This document shows positions 56,978 to 64,000 of a DNA stretch of 64,000 nt, one piece after another; within the stretch, counting starts at the first letter, position 1, and each line of letters begins with the position of its first letter. The notes under the pieces were generated by a model. It was not told where the DNA came from and made no database searches. It saw only the letters and a program-made list of their open reading frames with translations. The stretch spans positions 132,921-196,920 of the forward strand of contig JAWKUM010000005.1 in NCBI GenBank assembly GCA_041398545.1, written 5' to 3'. Source of the DNA: Planctomycetota bacterium (GTDB lineage: Bacteria; Planctomycetota; UBA1135; GCA-002748355). Position numbers and translations under genes: made by a program.

Positions 56978-58651
56978 ATGGCCCGATCGCAGCGCATCCT
57001 GACCGAGCTCTGGCCGGACCGTCCCGGCGGTCGCCTGGCCCTCGTCCTGGCACTGTGCACGGCCCTGGCCCTGCGCCTCGCCGGCCTCGACTGGGGCCTC
57101 CCCGGCGCGGAGCACTTCTTCCCGTTCCACCCCGACGAGTGGATCAACCTCGAGGGCCCGCGCCGGATGGTCCTGACCGGCGACCTCGACCCCGGCCACT
57201 TCAACTACGGCAGCCTCCACGCGTACCTGACCTGGCTCGTGCTCGGCGCCTGCCAGGCCCTCGGCCTCCTCGGCAGCCCCGCCGCCTGGTTCCTGGCCGC
57301 CCGCGTGCCGGTCGTCCTGCTCGGCGTGCTGTCGGTGTGGCTCATGCTGCCGCTCGGCCGCCGGCTCGGCTCCGAGCGCCTCGGCCTCGTCGCGGCCTGG
57401 GCCCTGGCCCTGTGCCCCGGCCACGCCCTGCACTCGGGCTGGTTCACGGTCGACGTGCCGTCGATCTGCTTCGCCCTCGTCGCGACCTGGGCCGCGCTGG
57501 TCCACGTCGACGCCGGCGGGCGGCGCGCGCTCGTCGCCTGCGGGCTCGCCGCCGGCCTCGCGGCCGCGACCAAGTACCCGGCCGGCATCGTCGTGCTGGC
57601 CGGCGTGGCCGCGGCGACGCTGCGCCTGCGCGCCGACGGGCGGCTCACGGCGCGCGCCCTGGCCCCCGCCGTCGGCGTGCTCGCCGGCTCCGCGCTGGCG
57701 GCCTTCCTCGCCGGCGTGCCGTACGCCGTGCTCGACTTCCCGGCGTTCTGGCGGGACATGACCTGGGAGCTGTTCGACCACAGCCAGGGCGACCACTGGA
57801 CCCTGTTCAGCGGCTCGGGCAACGGCTGGTGGTTCCTGCTCCGCGTCAACCTCGTCTACGTCATGGGGCTCGGGGCCTTGGTCGTGGCCCTGCCCGGCCT
57901 CGTCCTGCTGCACCGGCGCCGCCCGCGCGGCGGCGCCGTGCTGTGGGCCTGGGCCGTGCCGTACGCCTGGCTGCTCGGCCTCGCCGGCCTGCGCTTCCAG
58001 CGCTACGCCCTGCTGCTGGCGCCGGTCCTCGCGCTCGGGCTCGCGGCCGCAGCGCTGGCCGTCGAGGACCGGGTGCGGCGCGGCCTCGGGCGGCGCGGCC
58101 GGGCGCTGCCGGCGCGGGCCGCGGCCCTCGTGCCGGCCCTGTTCCTGGTCTGGCCCGGCTGGCTGTGCCTGCGCCAGGCCGAGGCGCTGCGCGGCCCGGA
58201 CCCGCGGCTGCAGTGCGCGCGCTGGGTCCGGGACCACGTCCCCGAGGGCGCGAGCGTCGGGATGATGATGCACCCGCACTGGTTCTCGGCCCCGATCACC
58301 CCGTTCAACGCCGGCAAGCCGGCCGCGGCCTACGGGGACGACCGGCGCCTGCCTTGGGACCTCGTCGTGCTCGAGCGCTGGGACCCGCGGCCGCTGCCGA
58401 GCGGCGGCCGGACTGGGTCGTGCTGAGCGAGATCGAGGGCGCGCACCAGCTCCGCACGGCGCCAGCCGGGGGCGGTCGCGATGTTCCAGGTGCTGGCGCG
58501 GGACTACGTCGAGGCCGCGCTTCGAGGTCTGGCCGGTCGAGGAGCGCTGGGTCTTCGGCCACCGCCATGCTGGCACGACTGGCTCTACCCGTTCGCGGGC
58601 CAGCGCGTGTGGAAGCGCCGCGCCGTCGACGCCGCCGCGCCGGGTCGGTAG
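56978..58651 (+). CDS. GT-C fold glycosyltransferase (family 39 / ArnT-PMT-like), frame breaks in the last ~250 nt
   Basis: About 11 TM segments, first-loop DE motif (FPFHPDEWINLEG), ATKYPAG. After ~58400 the reading continues in other frames (..PDWVVLSEIEGAHQL.. / FQVLARDYVEAA.. / ..WHDWLYPFAGQRVWKRRAVDAAAPGR*), returning to the original frame at TAG 58649-58651. Confidence 0.7.
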
Positions 58652-58769
58652 GGGATCCCGGCGAGCCGGGTCCTCCGGCCACTGCGGCCCGTCGGCGGCC
58701 CGCTATCGTCGGGCCCGACCGGTCCCGAGGCGCGATCGTCCGCCGGGCCCGGTCGAGGAGAAGCGCGGG

Positions 58770-59788
58770 ATGCCTGCCGAACCCGAGGTCCAGCCGGGCC
58801 ACGAGCCGCCGCCCGGGCCGGTCGACCTGCTGGTCATCGGCGCCGGCCCGGCGGGATCGCCCTGGCCGTCGAGGCCGTCGACGGCGGCCTGCCCCCGTGG
58901 GCGATCCTCGTGCTCGAGCGGAGCGAGAGCCGGCCCACTCGATCCGCGAGCTGTACTGGAGACCAAGCTCGTCGAGGCCGAGTGGAAGGCCGGCGCGCCG
59001 GCGGCGAGGGCGCGTTCGCGCTGCGCGACCGGAGCAAGGCCGAGCTCCTGGCCGAGCTCGACTCGGCCATCCTGACCCACGGCATCCGCGTCGTGACCAA
59101 GGAGGGCGCGCCGGATCGAGCGGGTGGCCGACGGCTTCGTCGTGCACTGCGACGACGGGGACCGCCACGTCGCGCGGCGGCTCGCGGTCGCGATCGGCGT
59201 CTACGGCCGCCTGCGCCGGCCCGACTACCGCGTCCCCGGCGTGCTGCGGCGGCGCGTCCACCACGACGTGTCGAGCGACCCGCTCGAGGGCTCGCGGGTC
59301 CTCGTGGTCGGGGGCGGCAACTCGGCGGCCGACTACGTGCTCGACCTCGTCGCCCGCGAGAAGCACGTCACGCTGAGCTACCGGCGGCGCAGCTTCGTGC
59401 GCATGACCGAGGGCCACCGGCGGCGGCTCGAGGCGCTCGAGGCCTCGGGCTGGCTCCAGGGTCCTGCGCGAGAGCGACGTCGACGCGCTCGAGGACGACG
59501 GAGGGCGGCCGCGGGCGCGGTTCCGCGACGGCGCCGTCGAGACCTTCGACCACGTCGTCCTGGCCCTCGGCGGCACGACGCCGGAGGGGTTCCTCAGGGG
59601 GCTCGGCATCGCGTTCGAGGGCCCGGCCCGTGCTCGACGAGCGGCAGCAGAGCAGCGTCCGGGGCCTGTACCTGATCGGCGACGTCGGCGGCGGGGGCTC
59701 GCTCGGCGAGGCCTGGGCCTCGGCGCGCCGGGCCTGGAGCGGGATCCGCGCAGACCTCGGCGTCGGGGGCGTCGCGGCCGGGCGCTAG
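58770..59788 (+). pseudogene. FAD/NAD(P)-binding pyridine-nucleotide-disulfide-type oxidoreductase (YpdA/TrxB-like), frame-broken
   Basis: DLLVIGAGPAG (first Rossmann), GSRVLVVGGGNSAADYVLDL (second Rossmann), ..FDHVVLALGGTTP..VRGLYLIGDV.. The pieces lie in three frames. Confidence 0.65.
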
Positions 59789-59820
59789 CATGGCGGCACG
59801 ATGGCCTTCGACCCCCGCGC

Positions 59821-60387
59821 GTGACTGTCTTCTGCGGCTCGTCGACCGGCGACCTGCCGCTGTTCGTCGACGCCGCCGAGACCTTCGCCCTGGCCCTGGC
59901 CCGGCGCGGCCTCGGCCTCGTCTACGGCGGCGGCCACATCGGCCTCATGGGCGTCGCGGCCGACGCCGCGCTGGCCGCGGGGGCCGAGGTGTGGGGGGTC
60001 ATCCCGCGCGCCTTCGCCGCCAAGGAGCTGGCCCACGAGGGCCTGACCCACCTCGAGCTCGTCGACACGATGCACGCGCGCAAGGCGCGGATGGCGGCCC
60101 TGGCCGGCGCCTTCGTCGCGCTGCCGGGCGGCATCGGCACGCTCGAGGAGCTCGTCGAGGTCTACACCTGGGCCCAGATCGGGATCCACGACCGGCCGAT
60201 CGGCGTGCTCGACGTCGGCGACTACTGGGACCCGCTGTTCGCCTTCCTCGACCGCGCCGTCGCGCACGGCTTCGTGCGCCCGGCCGTGCGCTCGCTGCTG
60301 GTCCGCGCCGCCGACCCCGAGGCCCTGCTCGACGCCCTCGAGGCCGCGCCGCGCGGAACGATCAGCGGGCGCTGGCCGGCGCTGTGA
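59821..60387 (+). CDS. LOG-family (TIGR00730) nucleotide phosphoribohydrolase
   Basis: GTG start. VYGGGHIGLMG and ALPGGIGTLEEL signature motifs. 188 aa, intact. Confidence 0.85.
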   Translation: MTVFCGSSTGDLPLFVDAAETFALALARRGLGLVYGGGHIGLMGVAADAALAAGAEVWGVIPRAFAAKELAHEGLTHLELVDTMHARKARMAALAGAFVALPGGIGTLEELVEVYTWAQIGIHDRPIGVLDVGDYWDPLFAFLDRAVAHGFVRPAVRSLLVRAADPEALLDALEAAPRGTISGRWPAL

Positions 60388-60388
60388 C

Positions 60389-61288
60389 ATGGGGGACAAT
60401 GGCCGCATGGACCGGCTGACCGAGTGCCTGCGCGAGCGGCGGCGGCTCGACCTCGTCGAGGTGCTGAGCCTGCGGGCGCTGCTGGCCCTGCCGGTGCTGC
60501 TGGCGCTCGGCCTCGTGCCCGGGCTCGGCGACCGCTGGTGGCACTGGGTCCTGCTCGTCCCGGCCGGGCTCGCGCTGCTCTGCGGCCTCAGCCTCTTGCT
60601 CCTGCCCGTGCCGCGCCGGCTGCTGGCCTGGGACCGCGAGCTCGGCGCCGGCGACGCGCTCGCGACCCTCGTCCTGGCCGGGGACGCGCCGGGCGGGCGG
60701 GCGGGCCTCGAGCTCCTGCGCCGCGACCTCGGCCTCAGGCTCGGTCCCGCGGCCGAGCCCGACCCCGCGGCCGGCGCGCGCCTGCGTCGGATCGCCAGCC
60801 GACTGCTGGCCCTCGCGCTGCTCGTCCTCGTCGTCATCCTGCTCGCGCCCAGGCTGTTCGGCGGGAACGACGCCAGGAGCCTCGCGATCGCGCCGGCGGT
60901 GACCCACGTGCCGGTCGAGACCCAGGGCCAGCCGGGCGAGGCCGACCGCAGCGCCGCCGGGCGGGTCGGGCCCGACGCGCCCGAGCACGAGCGCGAGCGC
61001 GAGGACGCGCCGCGCGGGCCCGAGGCCTCCGGCGGCGACGCCAGCCCCGAGGCCCGTCAGCCCGGCCCCGAGGTCCCGAGCCCGCGCCGCCGCACGCCGC
61101 CGCGGACGACGCTGCGTCCCGACCCCGACCGCTCGCACTCGGAGCCGCCGGCGATGCCGCCGGCCGCCGACTGGCAGCGCCAGGTCGAGCGGGCCCTGGC
61201 CCGCGGGCGGCTGGCCCCGTGGGAAGGGCGCTGGCTCGAGCAGTGGGGCCGGCAGCTCGACCTGCGCCGGGCGGCGGGAGGGCGCTGA
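60389..61288 (+). CDS. hypothetical membrane protein (3 TM segments, P/R/E-rich C-terminal half)
   Basis: Starts 2 nt after the LOG stop; its stop abuts the DUF58 start. TM segments LRALLALPVLLALGLV, WVLLVPAGLALLCGLSLLLL, LLALALLVLVVILLA. No family recognised. Confidence 0.5.
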   Translation: MGDNGRMDRLTECLRERRRLDLVEVLSLRALLALPVLLALGLVPGLGDRWWHWVLLVPAGLALLCGLSLLLLPVPRRLLAWDRELGAGDALATLVLAGDAPGGRAGLELLRRDLGLRLGPAAEPDPAAGARLRRIASRLLALALLVLVVILLAPRLFGGNDARSLAIAPAVTHVPVETQGQPGEADRSAAGRVGPDAPEHEREREDAPRGPEASGGDASPEARQPGPEVPSPRRRTPPRTTLRPDPDRSHSEPPAMPPAADWQRQVERALARGRLAPWEGRWLEQWGRQLDLRRAAGGR

Positions 61289-62149
61289 GTGGCGACGGCC
61301 GAGGCGCTGGCCTTCGACGCGATGCTGCCGGTCTTCCTCGACCTGCCGGCCCTGCCGCCGTCGGTCGACCTCGACGAGCGCGGCCGCCTGCACCTGCGCG
61401 CCGAGTGGGGCGACTTCAAGGGTCACGTCCCGTACGTCCCCGGCGACGACCTGCGCTTCCTCGACTGGTCCGTGCTCGCGCGCTCAGGCCAGCGCGTGTC
61501 CCGCCGCTTCGAGCTGATCCAGCACCGCCGCCTGCGCCTGCTCGTCGACGCCAGCCCGTCGATGCGGCTGCGCGAGGCCGGCCTCCGCGACCTCCTGTGC
61601 CTGTACGGCTTCCTCGCCCTGCACCGGCTCGACAGCGTCGAGCTCCGCTGGGGCGACGAGCCCGAGCCGCGCCGGTTCGAGGACTCCGGCGACTGGGACC
61701 GGCTGCGCGACCTCCTCCGCACGCTGCCGCTCGAGGGCGGCTGCCCCGAGCCGGTGCCCGACGCCGACCGCAGCACCGGCAGCCTGCTCGTGTCCGACTT
61801 CCAGCCCGAGGACGAGTGGCGCGCGCGCCTCGCGCGCCACCGCGAGGAGGGCCAGGGCCTGCTGTGCCTGTTCCCCAGGCTCGGCTTCGAGGGCCACACC
61901 GACCGCCCGCTGCCGACCGGCCGCCGCGACCTGCGCGACCTCGAGACCGGCAAGCGCCTGCAGGTCGAGCTCGGCTCGCGACTGCACGCGCTGTTCGTCG
62001 AGGAGCAGCGCGACTTCGAGCACGACATGGAGGCCTGCTGCCGGGACCTCGGCCACGGGTTCCTGGCCATCGACCTGCCCGACGACGAGCACCGCCTCGA
62101 CTTCGAGGCATGGCTGCCGTTCCTGACCAGGCGGAGGCTCCGCCGGTGA
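61289..62149 (+). CDS. DUF58 domain protein (VWA-like, MoxR-system type)
   Basis: DUF58 hallmark HVPYVPGDDLRFLDW and MIDAS-like LLVDASPSM. GTG 61289 directly follows the upstream stop. Confidence 0.75.
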   Translation: MATAEALAFDAMLPVFLDLPALPPSVDLDERGRLHLRAEWGDFKGHVPYVPGDDLRFLDWSVLARSGQRVSRRFELIQHRRLRLLVDASPSMRLREAGLRDLLCLYGFLALHRLDSVELRWGDEPEPRRFEDSGDWDRLRDLLRTLPLEGGCPEPVPDADRSTGSLLVSDFQPEDEWRARLARHREEGQGLLCLFPRLGFEGHTDRPLPTGRRDLRDLETGKRLQVELGSRLHALFVEEQRDFEHDMEACCRDLGHGFLAIDLPDDEHRLDFEAWLPFLTRRRLRR

Positions 62150-63828
62150 TGGGGGGGCTGCCCATCCCCGCCGCGCCGGCGGTCCAGGCCGGCGGGCTCG
62201 AGCTCGGCGCGGAACTCGGCTTCGCCGCGCCGTGGCTCCTGGCCCTGCTGCTGCTCGTGCCGATCCTCGTCTGGCTGCACCGCGAGCCGGCCCGCGAGCT
62301 GGCGACCGACCGGCTCGAGATCTGGCGCCGCGCGCTGGCCCGGCTCGGCCTGCGTCGGCGGCGCCGGCTGCCGCCGAGCCTGCTGCTCGCGATCCTGGCC
62401 CTGGTCGCCCTCGTCCGGGCCCTGGCCGGCGCCGGCCGCCCCGAGCGCGCCGGGCCGCGCCGCTTCGCCGCCGTCCTCGACGTGAGCCCGTCGATGGCCG
62501 CGCGCGACGGCGGCCGCACGCGGACCACCGCCGCCGTCGCGGCCTCGAGGCCGAGCTGGCGCGGATCCGCCGAGGTCGAGGGCGTGCTGTACGGGCTCGG
62601 CCGCGAGCGGGTCACCGAGCTCGCGCGGTTCGCGGCGGCGCGCGCGCTGCCGGCGGGGCTCAGGGCCGACCTGCTGGCCGAGGACGCCGCGGTCCTGCTG
62701 GCCCGCGCCGAGCGCGCCCGCCCGGGCCTGGCCCGCGCGCTCGCCGACCAGGCCGGGCCGGACTGCGCCGTGCTGCTGTCGGCGACGGCGTCCGAGCCCG
62801 CGGCCGGCGCCGCGCGGGACGACGACAACCTCTACCTGCGCGGCTTCGGCAGCCCCGACGCGCGCAGCCCCGCCGCGATCCTCGACGCCTCCTTCGTCGA
62901 TCCCTGGCCCGCGGCCGAGCTCGAGCTCTCGGTCGAGGCCGCGCGGCCGCTGGCCGCGGGCGCCAGGCTCGTGCTGCGCTCACCGGTCCAGGGCCGCAGC
63001 GAGGGCTTCGCCTTCGGGCGCGGCTCCGGCGACGAGCCCGACGGCCCGATGCTGCTCGACGTGCCGCGGGCCTTCGGCCCCGAGGTCGAGGCCCGGCTCG
63101 AGCCCGGCGACGGCTTCGTCCTCGACGAGCTGCTGCTGCTCGAGGCGCGGCCGGCCTGGGCCCCGACCCTGCGCGCCCTGCCGTACGATGACCCCGACCT
63201 GCGCGTCCTGACCGAGTTCCTGGTCGGCGAGCTCGGCGCGCGCGAGCTGCGCGACGGGACCGGCGACGAGGCCGGCGGGCTCGAGCTGCGCGAGGGGGGG
63301 CGGCTCGAGGCCTGGCCCGACGACGGTCGGGTGCGGCTGTGCTTCGGCACCCTGCTGCCGGGTGCCGCGGCCGAGGGCCGGCCCGAGGGTCCGCTCGAGT
63401 GGGCCCGCGCCGCTCCGCTGCTCCTGGACCTCGACCTGTCGACCCTCGGGGTCGAGGAGGCCGTGCTCGCCCCGCCCCTCGACGACGATGCCGAGGTCCT
63501 CGTCAGCCTCGGCGACGCGCCCTTCGTCGTGCTTTGGCCTGAGCACCGGCTGCTGTGGTGCGGCAGCGAGCTCGGCCGCAACCGCCTCGCCTCGCAGGCC
63601 TTCCTCCCGCTCCTCGTCGTGCGGGCCCTGACCCGGCTCGCGCCGGTCGGCGCGCCGGGCCGCCTGCTCGCCCTCGCCGACCCCGAGGAGTCCCGGATCG
63701 CCGCCCGGACCCCGCCGCGGTCCCGCCCGACCCCGGCGTTCTGGCGGCCACGGCGCCCGTACTGGCCGGAGCTCGTCGCGGCCTTCGCCCTCTGCGTCCT
63801 GCTGAGGGCCGCCCTGGTCCGGCGCTGA
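62149..63828 (+). CDS. BatA-N (aerotolerance regulator N-terminal) domain protein with degenerate VWA motif and C-terminal TM anchor
   Basis: ATG 62149 overlaps the DUF58 stop. N-terminal FAAPWLLALLLLVPILVWLH, second TM, DxSxS (VLDVSPSM), a long A/L/G-rich body, and a C-terminal TM ELVAAFALCVLLRAAL. Confidence 0.6.
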   Translation: MGGLPIPAAPAVQAGGLELGAELGFAAPWLLALLLLVPILVWLHREPARELATDRLEIWRRALARLGLRRRRRLPPSLLLAILALVALVRALAGAGRPERAGPRRFAAVLDVSPSMAARDGGRTRTTAAVAASRPSWRGSAEVEGVLYGLGRERVTELARFAAARALPAGLRADLLAEDAAVLLARAERARPGLARALADQAGPDCAVLLSATASEPAAGAARDDDNLYLRGFGSPDARSPAAILDASFVDPWPAAELELSVEAARPLAAGARLVLRSPVQGRSEGFAFGRGSGDEPDGPMLLDVPRAFGPEVEARLEPGDGFVLDELLLLEARPAWAPTLRALPYDDPDLRVLTEFLVGELGARELRDGTGDEAGGLELREGGRLEAWPDDGRVRLCFGTLLPGAAAEGRPEGPLEWARAAPLLLDLDLSTLGVEEAVLAPPLDDDAEVLVSLGDAPFVVLWPEHRLLWCGSELGRNRLASQAFLPLLVVRALTRLAPVGAPGRLLALADPEESRIAARTPPRSRPTPAFWRPRRPYWPELVAAFALCVLLRAALVRR

Positions 63829-64000
63829 GGCCGCGCGGAGTCGCCCTGCGCCATTCCCAAGCGCGGGTCGGGACGCTATCCTGCCCCGCTTTTCCTTCCG
63901 GGACGCGTGCCTTCGCGATCGCCGAGGGAGGCCCTGTTCGAGGACACCTCGGCGGGACCGGCCTGCGTCGATACCCCTGAGGAGGAGGTTGCTTGGATTT

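Overview
Very GC-rich chromosomal segment from a diderm (Gram-negative type) bacterium: it encodes LptF/LptG, a lipid A-type acyltransferase and an LPS-kinase family protein. The phylum cannot be fixed from sequence alone. I can support about 50 protein genes. Housekeeping genes: uvrD (partial), ppa, ptsI, an RluC/D-like pseudouridine synthase, murA, pckA, ffh, rpsP, maf, rpmE-prfA-prmC, eno-ftsB. Envelope genes: the LPS cluster at 5.0-9.7 kb, several lipoproteins, and a glycan-modification island at 52.9-58.7 kb. Signalling genes: a minimal sigma-54 activator and a STAS / histidine kinase / response regulator / HD-domain cluster. There are two degraded insertion sequences: IS110 family at 24175-25631 and IS1182-like at 46855-48279. 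I found no rRNA, tRNA or CRISPR array. Main caveat: about 20 genes, including essential ones (murA, prfA, prmC, rpmE), can only be read by switching frame. These breaks fall in about 7 discrete patches and look like 1-nt homopolymer deletions, so local assembly error is the most likely cause; such genes are given as whole-gene spans. I did not recognise a clearly novel multi-gene system such as a defence island. The best second-look candidates are a histone-H1-like/EndoIII-like fusion with an intact Fe-S motif but no catalytic residues; a four-repeat GcrA/Myb-like HTH protein; the STAS-HK-RR-HD module; a Gfo/Idh/MocA-epimerase fusion inside the glycan island; a SUKH-like gene at the end of the eno-ftsB operon; and a LOG-membrane-DUF58-BatA/VWA cluster without MoxR. 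The many long antisense ORFs in the track are high-GC artefacts.
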